Shown: in pieces, positions 13,660-23,329 of the stretch
Position numbering within the stretch: position 1 is the first letter of the stretch
Layout of the letters: every line of letters starts with the position of its first letter
Assembly: GCA_017472695.1 (NCBI GenBank)
Contig: JAFUOQ010000001.1
Coordinates: 32,103-96,102, forward strand
Reading direction: 5' to 3'
Origin: Clostridia bacterium
Lineage (GTDB): Bacteria > Bacillota > Clostridia > Oscillospirales > CAG-272
Length of the DNA stretch: 64,000 nucleotides
Notes under the pieces: model-generated
Told to the model about the DNA's origin: nothing
What the model saw: the letters and a program-made list of their open reading frames with translations, nothing else
Databases searched by the model: none
Program-made: the position numbers and the translations under genes

Positions 13660-14102
13660 TGAAGCAATTTAAGGGAAGAGTAGTAACACCAGGCGAGGTA
13701 TGCTGTGAGGCTGTTGTTACAACTCAAGGCTTTAACACCTTGGCATCACTTCAAATGGCTTTGCAATTTGGAGATAAAAAAGTAAAATGCGGTGACCAAA
13801 ATAACGAGGAGCTTCACGGCAAATCCTTGATAGGAAAAGCACTTTGCTTGCCTCAAACAATAGGCTCAACGACAGGCGGACTCGTTATTTATTGCGCTTG
13901 TGCACTTGAAAAGAACCCTGGTTGTATGCTTTTTGCGAATCATATTGATTCCTTGGCAGCAGCAGGTGCTGTCCTTGCCGAGGTTTGGGTTGATGGCATA
14001 ACAATGCCTGTTGTTGATTGCCTTGGCGATGAATTTTTAAATTATGTCAAGGACGGAATGAAAATTACAGTGAAAAAAGATGGCATTGTCGAGGTTGAAT
14101 AA
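13659..14102 (+). CDS. aconitase X swivel-domain subunit (DUF126)
   Basis: 147 aa. FKGRVVTPGEV start and GKALCLPQTIGSTTGG block typical of DUF126. The ATG overlaps the upstream stop by 1 nt (TAATG). Confidence 0.75.
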   Translation: MKQFKGRVVTPGEVCCEAVVTTQGFNTLASLQMALQFGDKKVKCGDQNNEELHGKSLIGKALCLPQTIGSTTGGLVIYCACALEKNPGCMLFANHIDSLAAAGAVLAEVWVDGITMPVVDCLGDEFLNYVKDGMKITVKKDGIVEVE

Positions 14103-14113
14103 AGGGTAATCAA

Positions 14114-16459
14114 ATGAAAAAATCTATAAAAATTGTAAATATCGTTTTCGCTATAATCCTAGCTGTTATGTTTGTTTTGTCAGTTGTGGATATTGGCGAA
14201 ACGCGAAAGAAAACAAGCTTCAGTCAAGAAAATATGCTCTCACATATAGAAAAGCTTTCCGAAAATGGTCCTAGGTCTATTGTAGATAAGGAAGCTAACG
14301 AAAAAGCACTCGAGTATCTTGTATCCGAGGTCGAGAAGAGTGGAGCTGTAAACGAAAATACTACCGCGTATCCTGCTTATATGATTCAAAGCTTTGTCGC
14401 AAGCGACGATACAAATAAATATCAAAACTTTTATTTGAAAAATTTGATTGTGCACATTCCTGCCAATGCCGAAAAAACAACAGGCGAGGCAGTTATGTTT
14501 ATGGGGCACTATGATTCCGTTCCAATGGGACAAGGCGCATCTGACGATGGTGTTGCCTGTGCCACAATGCTTGAGGCAATAAGATATTATACTGAAAAAA
14601 TGGAAAACGGATATACAATATCAAATGATTTGGTTTTTTGCTTTGTAAATGGTGAGGAATATAACCTCTTTGGCTCGCGCGCCTTTATGGAGGAATTTAA
14701 CGGCTTTGATAATGTTGTTGAGCGTATTAAGTTTGGCGCAAATCTTGAGTCTCGTGGAACAGACGGAACTCTTATTATGTTTGAAACTTCAAAGAATAAT
14801 TACAACACTGTGAAGCTATTTTCCGAGGTTAATAAAAACATTTTTACCTGTTCTGTGGCAACTATGATATATGATATGATGCCAAATGGAACGGATTTTA
14901 GCAATTTCAAGGAAGCCTATCAGGGTGTGAATATGGCAAATATCGGGGGCGGTGAAAATTATCATACGCAAAACGATAGTCCGGAAAATGTTGAAAAAAC
15001 ATATCTATCACAACAGGCAGAAATAGTTGACTCACTAATTGATAAGTTAGGAAATTACGAGCTTGAAAAGCTTTACGACGCCAATGAATCCGCAATATTT
15101 TTCTCCTATCTAAATGTCACCACGGTGGTATATAATCATACAATGACAATTCTCTTTGGAATAATTGGCATACTTATGATTATAGCAAACATCTTATTAT
15201 CTATACTATATCGCAAGCAAAATAACATAAAAAGCACAGCGAAAGCACTACTTGCACTAATGGTAGGATTTTTGATAACTGCTGCTTTAACATACGCTTG
15301 TTACTATCTATTCCAGCTTGTAGCATCATTATTCGGCGTGATTGATATCCACATGATAGGAACAATAACCTATTCGAATACTGCCATAATTCTTGGAATT
15401 GGCATACTTTCACTAGCTATCTCAGTTATTACTACATATTTTGCTTGTAAATGGCTTAAAATTGATAGAAGAGCTATGACAAGAGCATTTGCGTACATTC
15501 ATATGTTTTTAGGAATCGTGTTGTCCTTTGCTTTGGCAGATGCAAGCTACTTGTTTATTTTTAGCGGAATTATGCTTATGCTAAACGAGCTACTAATTAC
15601 TGCTATTAAAAAGGTAGATATTTCAAAATATCACGGAGAACTACTTGTTATAGCATTTTATTGGCCTATAATAATGCCTCTTGCTTTTTTGGCTTCATCT
15701 GCGCTTGGTCTTACAATGGCGTATATATATGGTCTTGTTTTTGCTTTTGCAACATTCGTAATTGGAATTGCAATCACTCCACTATGTGAGAAGCTTTCAA
15801 TAAGATTGCTTATAAATAAAATTCGCAAAAAAGAGTCAAAAGCAAGCGCCCTCGAGGGCGGACTTCATATTTTTGCATGTTCATTGCTAGTATTTTTAGT
15901 TGTTAGTGTTATCTCACCAAACGCAAGCGTAAATCTACAAGGAAAGCAAAACATTATAAAATTGCCATATGATGACGCTTTGGTTTATGTGTGTGACGAA
16001 AGCGGAGAAAACGAATACCGAATATATGATTTAAATGCTTATAAGGCACTAAAAAAATACGCACCTAAAATGAAATATGAGGACGAGTATTACAGAGCCG
16101 ATGGCGAGGAAAAATCTATTTCACTTACCTCCTTGGCAAGTGCTGAAGGTAATACGTTAAAGGTAAAGAAAAATAGTGACAAGTCACTTGTTTATCTTGA
16201 TTTTAAGAATGTAAATGCACACTCCTTTACAGTAAACGACGGGATAACAAGCCGTACATATGAATTTGGCGATAAGGATACCTATTCAATTACATTACAT
16301 AGTGATTGTATAGTAATCGTAAACGGTGGTAGTGCGAGCGTTGAATACAAAGAGGTTCTTCGCGATTATGAGGCACTAATTCCAAGTGACTATGATAAAG
16401 ATAACGAAAGCCTACACTTCAACCTTTGGCTAACAGCAGAATATAATATAAATATGTAA
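14114..16459 (+). CDS. polytopic membrane M28-family metallopeptidase
   Basis: N-terminal TM anchor and M28 zinc-ligand block HYDSVPMGQGASDDGVACATMLE ... NGEEYNLFGS. About nine hydrophobic helices lie in aa ~340-600, followed by a ~180-aa soluble C-terminal domain. It starts 11 nt after the DUF126 gene. Confidence 0.72.
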   Translation: MKKSIKIVNIVFAIILAVMFVLSVVDIGETRKKTSFSQENMLSHIEKLSENGPRSIVDKEANEKALEYLVSEVEKSGAVNENTTAYPAYMIQSFVASDDTNKYQNFYLKNLIVHIPANAEKTTGEAVMFMGHYDSVPMGQGASDDGVACATMLEAIRYYTEKMENGYTISNDLVFCFVNGEEYNLFGSRAFMEEFNGFDNVVERIKFGANLESRGTDGTLIMFETSKNNYNTVKLFSEVNKNIFTCSVATMIYDMMPNGTDFSNFKEAYQGVNMANIGGGENYHTQNDSPENVEKTYLSQQAEIVDSLIDKLGNYELEKLYDANESAIFFSYLNVTTVVYNHTMTILFGIIGILMIIANILLSILYRKQNNIKSTAKALLALMVGFLITAALTYACYYLFQLVASLFGVIDIHMIGTITYSNTAIILGIGILSLAISVITTYFACKWLKIDRRAMTRAFAYIHMFLGIVLSFALADASYLFIFSGIMLMLNELLITAIKKVDISKYHGELLVIAFYWPIIMPLAFLASSALGLTMAYIYGLVFAFATFVIGIAITPLCEKLSIRLLINKIRKKESKASALEGGLHIFACSLLVFLVVSVISPNASVNLQGKQNIIKLPYDDALVYVCDESGENEYRIYDLNAYKALKKYAPKMKYEDEYYRADGEEKSISLTSLASAEGNTLKVKKNSDKSLVYLDFKNVNAHSFTVNDGITSRTYEFGDKDTYSITLHSDCIVIVNGGSASVEYKEVLRDYEALIPSDYDKDNESLHFNLWLTAEYNINM

Positions 16460-16468
16460 ATAAAAAGT

Positions 16469-16516
16469 GAGCGCATATAAATGAATCAGGCTTGGTTCGT
16501 TTATGCGCTCCTTTTT
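16469..16516 (+). terminator. terminator-like hairpin after the M28 gene
   Basis: gagcgcata...tatgcgctc stem with a large loop, followed by CTTTTT. Confidence 0.5.
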
Positions 16517-16665
16517 GATTATCATAGGTAGAGTGGAGCTGGCAGATATTACATTTGCAATTGGTGGGCAGGGTATGGTATAATTAAAGAGAAATTTGTG
16601 TAAAAAAGCCCACCCAGTGGCTAAAAATGCTCATTTTTCAAAAATAACTAAAGGAGGTACAGTAA

Positions 16666-17274
16666 ATGAAAAAACTGTATGTATTTATTTTAAGTGTGGC
16701 TGTCTTGGTTACTACGTTTTTAATGAGTGTATCTGCCGCAAATTTGACTCACACTGTAGTAAAGGGCGACACTATGTGGAAAATTGCTGTTAAATATGAG
16801 GTTGGACTTTCCGAAATTAAGGGAGCAAACACCCACATCAAAAACCCGGATCTAATTTATCCAGGAGATAAGCTATATATTCCTACAACCGATTCAGGTG
16901 TGACCTCGTATGAACAAGAGGTAGTAAGACTAGTTAACGTGGAAAGAAGCAAGCAAGGACTTGCACCACTTACAAGCGATTGGCAGCTTTCTCGAGTTGC
17001 GCGCTATAAATCACAGGATATGAAGGATAATGGCTACTTCTCACATACAAGTCCTACATACGGTTCGCCGTTTGAAATGATGAAAAGCTTTGGAATTTCA
17101 TATAGAACAGCAGGTGAAAACATTGCAAAGGGGCAAAGAACACCTAGCGAGGTAGTAAATGCGTGGATGAATTCCTCTGGACACAGAGCAAATATACTAA
17201 ATAAATCTTTTACTAAAATAGGAGTCGGTTATGTATCTAGTGGACACTACTGGACACAAATGTTTACAGGCTAA
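16666..17274 (+). CDS. secreted LysM + CAP/SCP (YkwD-like) domain protein
   Basis: Signal peptide, LysM block HTVVKGDTMWKIAVKYEV...PGDKLYIP, and CAP-domain block GENIAKGQRTPSEVVNAWMNSSGHRANIL. Confidence 0.8.
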   Translation: MKKLYVFILSVAVLVTTFLMSVSAANLTHTVVKGDTMWKIAVKYEVGLSEIKGANTHIKNPDLIYPGDKLYIPTTDSGVTSYEQEVVRLVNVERSKQGLAPLTSDWQLSRVARYKSQDMKDNGYFSHTSPTYGSPFEMMKSFGISYRTAGENIAKGQRTPSEVVNAWMNSSGHRANILNKSFTKIGVGYVSSGHYWTQMFTG

Positions 17275-17302
17275 AAAAAGCGAGTCAATGACTCGCTTTT
17301 TT
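17275..17302 (+). terminator. intrinsic terminator
   Basis: agcgagtc/gactcgct stem with a 3-nt loop, between an A-run and TTTTTT. Confidence 0.85.
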
Positions 17303-17373
17303 GTTGGTTTTTATTGACAATTTGGCATAACTAATATAAAATAAAAACAATAAATTATAAAACAGGTGGAAAA

Positions 17374-18012
17374 ATGAAAATCACAGGCGCAATTTTTGAT
17401 ATGGACGGCACTCTTATAAATTCTATGGATTACTGGGCTATTGTAGCAACAGAGTATTTAAAGAGTATTGGAGTTGAGCCGCCAAAGGACACAGATAGGG
17501 ATTATCTTGAAAACGGTATGAAAAGCTGGCATGAGCACACTTGCCCAAACATTCCTTATGAAGAGGTTTCAAGAGGCATTTATGCTATAATGGATAAATA
17601 CTATACCAGTTATGTGTCGCTAAAAGATGGCGTACTTGAGATGCTAGAAAGATTAAAGGCACACGGAGTAAAAATGTGCCTTGCTACTGCAACTGATAGA
17701 TTTATGGTTGAAAAGATTCTTAAACAGCTTGGCATATTTGAATATTTTTCTGCTATTTTTACATCAAAGGAAGTAGGCTTGGGGAAAAGATATCCGTTAA
17801 TTTATGAAAAAGCGCGCGAGTTCTTAGACACCGACAGAGAAACCACCTATGTCTTTGAGGACGCAATTTATGCAATAAAAACTTGCCATCAAAATGGTAT
17901 TAAAGTGGTTGGTGTATATGATGAAAATTCATTCGTTAGCGAGGAAGAGGTTGCAAGCCTTTGCGATTATTATCTAGATAAGAAATCCAAATACCAATTT
18001 GAAATTGAATAA
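17374..18012 (+). CDS. HAD-superfamily hydrolase (beta-phosphoglucomutase-like subfamily)
   Basis: Motif I FDMDGTLINS, plus a cap domain and a later VFEDA motif. A TTGACA-17-TAAAAT promoter lies at 17314-17342. Confidence 0.8.
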   Translation: MKITGAIFDMDGTLINSMDYWAIVATEYLKSIGVEPPKDTDRDYLENGMKSWHEHTCPNIPYEEVSRGIYAIMDKYYTSYVSLKDGVLEMLERLKAHGVKMCLATATDRFMVEKILKQLGIFEYFSAIFTSKEVGLGKRYPLIYEKAREFLDTDRETTYVFEDAIYAIKTCHQNGIKVVGVYDENSFVSEEEVASLCDYYLDKKSKYQFEIE

Positions 18013-18043
18013 ACCACTTTATAAGACAAGCAATAAGAAACAA

Positions 18044-18133
18044 TCTATGAAATTCTTGAGAAATCCGATGTAAAGCCCGATTATGTTTTGGAAAGTGCAA
18101 GGGAGTTAAGATTATTCATTGACAAAATATGAT
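18044..18133 (+). pseudogene. possible relic of a HAD-like C-terminus (29 codons, no start)
   Basis: An open frame after a TAA reads ETIYEILEKSDVKPDYVLESARELRLFIDKI*. It resembles the usual C-terminal (A/P)DYV(I/L)xSxxEL tail of HAD phosphatases. There is no RBS or start codon. Confidence 0.25.
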
Positions 18134-18184
18134 AAATAATGTATAATCAAAAGGTAAGCTTGTTAAATCAAGGAGGACTAAAAA

Positions 18185-18895
18185 ATGAACTTTATAAAAG
18201 TAGACAGCTATGAAAAATTGAGCAACATGGCGGCAAATATCATTGCCGATGTTGTGAAAAATAAAAATAATGCAGTGCTCGGCTTGGCAACAGGCTCATC
18301 ACCTCTTGGCACTTACGCACGCCTAATTGAAAAATACAATGCAGGTGAGCTTGATTTTAAGGATGTAACCTCGGTGAACCTTGACGAATATGTTGGGCTT
18401 GATGGCTCAAATGACCAAAGCTATCGTTATTTTATGAACAAGAATTTCTTTAAGCACATAAATATTGATATAAACAATACATACGTGCCCAATGGTTGCG
18501 CTAGTGATCTTTCAAAAGAGGGCAAAGCATACGACAAAATGATTGAGGACTTTGGTAGTATTGATATTCAATTGCTCGGTATCGGTCTTGATGGTCACAT
18601 CGGCTTTAATGAGCCTGACGAATTTTTCACCAAGGAAACTCACCTAGTCAAGCTTGATGAGTCAACAATTGAAGCTAACTCGCGCTTTTTCGCATCAAAG
18701 GAAGAAGTGCCAAAGGAAGCAATTACAATGGGAATGTACTCAATTATGCAAGCAAAAAAGGTGCTTCTAATTGCCAATGGCAAAAACAAGAAGGACATAA
18801 TAGAAAAAGCATTTTTCGGCCCAATTACACCATTTGTTCCTGCATCAATTTTACAGCTACATAAGGATGTTACTGTAATTTATAGTGAGAATTAA
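18185..18895 (+). CDS. nagB: glucosamine-6-phosphate deaminase
   Basis: 236 aa with LGLATGSSPLGTY and LLGIGLDGHIGFNEP motifs. A TTGACA-17-TATAAT promoter lies at ~18118-18146. Confidence 0.9.
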   Translation: MNFIKVDSYEKLSNMAANIIADVVKNKNNAVLGLATGSSPLGTYARLIEKYNAGELDFKDVTSVNLDEYVGLDGSNDQSYRYFMNKNFFKHINIDINNTYVPNGCASDLSKEGKAYDKMIEDFGSIDIQLLGIGLDGHIGFNEPDEFFTKETHLVKLDESTIEANSRFFASKEEVPKEAITMGMYSIMQAKKVLLIANGKNKKDIIEKAFFGPITPFVPASILQLHKDVTVIYSEN

Positions 18896-18900
18896 CAACA

Positions 18901-18932
18901 AAAAGAGCCGCAATAATTTGTGGCTCTTATTG
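18901..18932 (+). terminator. weak terminator-like hairpin after nagB
   Basis: agagccgca/tgtggctct imperfect stem followed by a short T-rich tail. Confidence 0.45.
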
Positions 18933-18990
18933 AATTTATATCTATAATATGATAAAATAATAATATCGAAATTTAAGGAGAGGAGAGCAT

Positions 18991-20592
18991 ATGTTTCAGT
19001 CTAAAATTAGCCAATATAAAAGCTTTATTATAAATCTGGTTATGCCTGCGATAATTTTCGGCTTTATAACAGGAACCCTCACCTCATTTTTTGTTACGCT
19101 TTATAAGTATTTGGCACACCACATAATTCATTTTTCGCAAATCGGATATGAGCTTTTAAGAGAGCATTTATATATTTTACCAGTTTTGCTTCTTTTGCTT
19201 CTTGGTGCTAGCTTCCTTTTGGCGCGTGTTTATCGATATGTGCCTAACCTAAAGGGTGGCGGTATTCCAACCTCCATTGGTATTTTGCGTGGAATTATCA
19301 CATTTAAATGGTTGAGTAGCTTTGTTGGTGTATTTGTTTTGTCACTGTTTTCATTCCTTGTTGGAGTTCCGCTTGGAAATGAAGGTCCATCGGTTCAAAT
19401 GGGTACCTCGCTAGGAAGAGGAAGCGTAAGGCTTTTTGCAAAAACGCAGGGTGCTTGGGATAGATACTCAATGACAGGTGGCGCGTGTGCTGGCTTCTCG
19501 GTTGCAACAGGAGCACCGATTTCAGGTATTCTTTTCGCTATCGAGGAGGCGCATCAAAGAATTTCACCAATGATAATGATAGTGGCATCATCCTCGGTGC
19601 TTTTTGCTAATATTTCAGCGCAAATATTTGCTTCGTTTTTTGGAGTATCAACAAGCCTTTTTGGAGAAATTGCAGTGCCAAGGCTTTCAATAAAGGAGCT
19701 TTGGATTCCACTAGTGGTTGGACTCGTTGTTGGTATTTTTGGTGCAATTATTTTAAGATATTATCAGTTTTTAAAATTCTTTTTTTCAAAAGTATTAAGA
19801 ATTTCACCACAAATAAAGATTTTCTTTATCCTAGCTACAACAGTTTGTGTAGGACTTTATTCGTTTTCTGCAATTTCAACAGGACACGATTTAATAGTTG
19901 AGTTATTTAGCCCTGAAAATCAATTTACAATAGCCATGCTTGTACTTATTTTGGTTGTTCGTACGACACTAACAATGAGTGCAAACACCAATGGCATAAC
20001 AGGTGGTATGTTCGTTCCATCACTTGCGCTAGGTGTTACTCTTTCCGCAATTATTGGTAAAATAGCGATATACCTTGGTATGGATAGTGAGCTATATTTG
20101 GTTATCGTTGTTCTTGGTATAGTTGCTTGTATGTCAGGACTTATGAAAACACCACTAATAGCGATTATATTCGCAATTGAGGCTCTTTCTTGCTATGAAA
20201 ATATTATAGCAATTGTAATGGTTGCATTAATTTCCTACTTTGTTTGTGAGGTATTTGAGGCAAAATCAATCAACGATAGCGCTATGGAAACAAGAGTAGA
20301 GGAGTTAAACCACGGAAAAGAATTCAAGGTGGTAAAGACCGATGTTACAATTCAAGTAGGCGCATTTGCTAGTGGAAAGCAAATCCGTGATATCTTTTGG
20401 CCAGCAAATCTATTTGTTTTATCAGTTAAAAAGGCTAAAACAAATAGTGAGGAGGTCGATGAGCACGGTGGCAAGGAGCTCCGTGCAGGAGATGTTTTGT
20501 GTGTTCAGTATTCAACACTTGATGAAGAAGCCACAGCAAAGGAACTTGAGGCAATAGTGGGAGTCCAGCAAAAGCCCAAAATAATTGAATAA
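18991..20592 (+). CDS. ClC-family chloride channel/antiporter with C-terminal TrkA-C-like domain
   Basis: Selectivity motifs GNEGPSVQMG and GGMFVPS in a polytopic protein. The soluble tail includes LRAGDVLCVQYS. Confidence 0.85.
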   Translation: MFQSKISQYKSFIINLVMPAIIFGFITGTLTSFFVTLYKYLAHHIIHFSQIGYELLREHLYILPVLLLLLLGASFLLARVYRYVPNLKGGGIPTSIGILRGIITFKWLSSFVGVFVLSLFSFLVGVPLGNEGPSVQMGTSLGRGSVRLFAKTQGAWDRYSMTGGACAGFSVATGAPISGILFAIEEAHQRISPMIMIVASSSVLFANISAQIFASFFGVSTSLFGEIAVPRLSIKELWIPLVVGLVVGIFGAIILRYYQFLKFFFSKVLRISPQIKIFFILATTVCVGLYSFSAISTGHDLIVELFSPENQFTIAMLVLILVVRTTLTMSANTNGITGGMFVPSLALGVTLSAIIGKIAIYLGMDSELYLVIVVLGIVACMSGLMKTPLIAIIFAIEALSCYENIIAIVMVALISYFVCEVFEAKSINDSAMETRVEELNHGKEFKVVKTDVTIQVGAFASGKQIRDIFWPANLFVLSVKKAKTNSEEVDEHGGKELRAGDVLCVQYSTLDEEATAKELEAIVGVQQKPKIIE

Positions 20593-20594
20593 TA

Positions 20595-20628
20595 AAAAGC
20601 GTTGCACACAAGAGCAACGCTTTTTGCT
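20595..20628 (+). terminator. intrinsic terminator after the ClC gene
   Basis: agcgttgc/gcaacgct stem flanked by AAAAA and TTTTT. Confidence 0.85.
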
Positions 20629-20751
20629 TTATTTTAGACACAGGGTGCCTTTTTTCTTGTCCTATGCACACTATAAAAGAGGCTTAAGAGTGGGTGGCAA
20701 ATGCGCGAGCACGACGAGAGGCAAACTTGTGTACGTCGTATGAGTGGTCGT

Positions 20752-20795
20752 GTGTAAAAAGCACAAAAAGAAAACAGGCAAGTGCCTGTTTTCTA
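20752..20795 (-). terminator. intrinsic terminator after the flavin reductase-rubredoxin gene
   Basis: On the minus strand: aacagg/cctgtt stem followed by TTTTCTTTTTGTGCTTTTT. Confidence 0.7.
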
Positions 20796-20853
20796 CATTA
20801 GATTTATAAGCGCAATATGATTATTAATTAGTGCTTTTGTTTTATGCCCTCTA

Positions 20854-21465
20854 TTAAACCTCGGTTATAGGTTCAAAGTAACTAACACCATGCTTGCACC
20901 AAGGACAAATAAAGTCATCGGGCAGGGTGTCACCCTCATAAATATAACCGCAGATTTTGCAAACATAGCCTTTTTTTGCCTTTGGTTTTGGCTTAACATT
21001 TGCGTGATAGTATGCATATGTCATTGAAGGCTCGTCTGTGCAGGACATAGCCTGACTCACCTCGCACACAAACATAGTGTGCGTGCCGAAGTCAACAGTG
21101 TCAAGCACGTTTAAGGACATAAAAGCATTCATATACTCGCAGGAGATAAGTGGTAATCCGTTTTCACCTCTCCAAATGAGCATATCCTTTAATTTGTCAG
21201 TATCTCTGCCAGAGTGAAAGCCGAGCCTTTCAAATACCTCAAAAGGGGTAGCCTCGGACAAGCAACAGACATTCATTTTACCTGTCGCTTCGATTATATC
21301 GTGAGAGAAATTTGCTTTATTGATTGTTACAGAAACGCGTAGGGGAGTGTCTGTAATTTGAATAACAGTATTGACAATTAATGCATTGTCCTTTGCTCCA
21401 TCAGAGCAAGTAACGGCATAAAGACCATAGCCGATTTTAAATAGAGCAGACTTATCTATTGCCAT
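20854..21465 (-). CDS. flavin reductase-like domain fused to a C-terminal rubredoxin (high-molecular-weight rubredoxin type)
   Basis: FMN-binding split-barrel-like N-domain. The C-terminal [13 protein letters not shown]...FICPWCKH has the two CxxC rubredoxin knuckles. A GGAGGA RBS lies in the 20-nt gap after thrS. Confidence 0.8.
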   Translation of the reverse strand: MAIDKSALFKIGYGLYAVTCSDGAKDNALIVNTVIQITDTPLRVSVTINKANFSHDIIEATGKMNVCCLSEATPFEVFERLGFHSGRDTDKLKDMLIWRGENGLPLISCEYMNAFMSLNVLDTVDFGTHTMFVCEVSQAMSCTDEPSMTYAYYHANVKPKPKAKKGYVCKICGYIYEGDTLPDDFICPWCKHGVSYFEPITEV

Positions 21466-21485
21466 AAATCCTCCTACAAGATAAA

Positions 21486-23285
21486 TTATCTAACCTTATC
21501 TTCAATTTCCTTTGTCAGCTTTTCAAGCATTTCGTCAATTGTCATAGCACCTAGGTTAATACCACCGCGAGCACGGAGAGAAACAGTATTCGATTGCTTT
21601 TCGTTAGCACCAACAACTAAAACATAGTTAATTTTTTCAAGCTGAGCCTCGCGTATACGCTTGCCCATAGTTTCGTTTCTTGTATCAACCGTTACGCGGA
21701 TGCCCTTTTCAAGCATTTTTGCCTGAATTTCCTTTGCGTATTCATCAAATTCAGAGTTTATAGGAACAATTGTTGCTTGAGTTGGGGATAACCATAGAGG
21801 TAATGCTCCTGCGTACTTTTCAAGGATAAGAGCAAGAGTTCTTTCGTAGCAGCCCATAGATGTACGGTGAATAATGTATGGAGTTGCCATTTGGTTGTTG
21901 GAGTCAACGTATTCCATACCAAATTTCTTTGCCAAAAGCATATCAATTTGGATAGTAACTATTGTGTCCTCCTTGCCAAATACATTCTTGCATTGAATGT
22001 CTAGCTTTGGACCATAGAATGCAGCCTCGTCGATTCCAATTTCATACTCAAGACCAATTTCGTCAAGCAATTTGCCCATAATCTCTTGAGCCTCATTCCA
22101 TTGCTCGGCTGTACCCTCGTACTTGTCAGTACGGTTAGGATCCCATTGTGAGAAACGGAAGGTGCAATCCTCCCATAGACCAATAGTCTCAAGACAGTAT
22201 TTTGCAAGCTCAAGACAATCCTTGAACTCCTGTGCTAGCTGGTCAGGACGAAGAATCAAGTGACCCTCTGAAATAGTAAATTGACGAACACGAATAAGAC
22301 CGTGCATCTCACCACTATCCTCGTTTCTAAAGAGAGTAGAGGTCTCGCCCAAACGCATAGGAAGGTCTCTGTATGAGCGCTTCTTGTTTAAGAATACCTG
22401 ATATTGGAATGGGCAAGTCATAGGACGGAGCGCAAAGCATTCCTTTGTATAATCATCAGGGTCGCCAAGAACAAACATACCATCAAGGTAGTGATCCCAG
22501 TGGCCAGAAATCTTATATAGCTCGCGCTTTGCCATAAGTGGAGTCTTTGTCAAAAGATATCCGCGCTTTTGCTCGGTGTCCTCAATCCATCTTTGAAGGA
22601 GCTGAATAACACGAGAGCCCTTTGGTAAAAGAATTGGCAAGCCTTGACCAATAGAATCAACAGTTGTAAAGAATTCAAGGTCACGACCGATTTTGTTGTG
22701 ATCGCGCTTTTCAGCCTCCTCAACCATCTTTAGGTATTCGTCAAGCTCCTCGCTTGTGTGGAATGCAGTACCATTTACACGAGTGAGCATTTTGTTGTTT
22801 TTATCATTTTTCCAGTAAGCACCGGAAATCTTTGTTACCTTAAAAGCCTTTAAAGCCTTTGTGTAGCAAAGGTGAGGGCCAACACACATATCAATATAGT
22901 CGCCCTGCTGGAAGAATGTGATTGTTGCGTCAGGGGCAAGATCTGCAATGTGCTCAACCTTATATTTTTCACCGCGCTCCTCCATAAGCTTAATAGCTTC
23001 CTCGCGTGGAAGAGAATAAGCCTTGATAGGAAGATTTTCCTTAGTGATTTTCTTCATTTCCTTTTCGATTGCCTCAAGGTCGCTGTCGTTTAATTTTGTG
23101 TCGCCCAAATCTACGTCATAGTAGAAGCCCTTTTCAGTAGCAGGACCATAAGCGAAAATCGCCTCTGGGTAAAGGCGTTTGATAGCCTGCGCCATAATGT
23201 GCGCAGCTGTGTGTCTGATAATGTGTAGCTCTTCCTCTTTGTTGTCAATTTCGCAAGCTACACCATTGTTTTGCATAATTTTCAT
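21486..23285 (-). CDS. thrS: threonine--tRNA ligase lacking the N-terminal TGS domain
   Basis: Editing-domain motifs IRHTAAH and DMCVGPH, class II catalytic core, and anticodon-binding domain. Only ~24 residues precede IRHTAAH. ATG 23285 follows GGAGG by 8 nt (the track start at 23288 is TTG). Confidence 0.93.
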   Translation of the reverse strand: MKIMQNNGVACEIDNKEEELHIIRHTAAHIMAQAIKRLYPEAIFAYGPATEKGFYYDVDLGDTKLNDSDLEAIEKEMKKITKENLPIKAYSLPREEAIKLMEERGEKYKVEHIADLAPDATITFFQQGDYIDMCVGPHLCYTKALKAFKVTKISGAYWKNDKNNKMLTRVNGTAFHTSEELDEYLKMVEEAEKRDHNKIGRDLEFFTTVDSIGQGLPILLPKGSRVIQLLQRWIEDTEQKRGYLLTKTPLMAKRELYKISGHWDHYLDGMFVLGDPDDYTKECFALRPMTCPFQYQVFLNKKRSYRDLPMRLGETSTLFRNEDSGEMHGLIRVRQFTISEGHLILRPDQLAQEFKDCLELAKYCLETIGLWEDCTFRFSQWDPNRTDKYEGTAEQWNEAQEIMGKLLDEIGLEYEIGIDEAAFYGPKLDIQCKNVFGKEDTIVTIQIDMLLAKKFGMEYVDSNNQMATPYIIHRTSMGCYERTLALILEKYAGALPLWLSPTQATIVPINSEFDEYAKEIQAKMLEKGIRVTVDTRNETMGKRIREAQLEKINYVLVVGANEKQSNTVSLRARGGINLGAMTIDEMLEKLTKEIEDKVR

Positions 23286-23329
23286 CAATTATACCTCCGT
23301 GTTTTGATAGTTTTCATTCCTGTTAGGCA

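Noticed and set aside
16596-16793. A 65-aa ORF overlapping the start of the LysM/CAP gene.
   Set aside because: It is out of frame with, and largely inside, a well-supported secreted-protein gene. It is Cys-rich in a compositionally odd way and has no RBS.
20629-20751. A ~120-nt spacer between the ClC terminator and the flavoprotein terminator, with competing pairings (cacgacg with cgtcgt or gtcgtg). Considered as a small RNA.
   Set aside because: I found no convincing promoter on either strand and no dedicated terminator. Only expression data could support an sRNA here.
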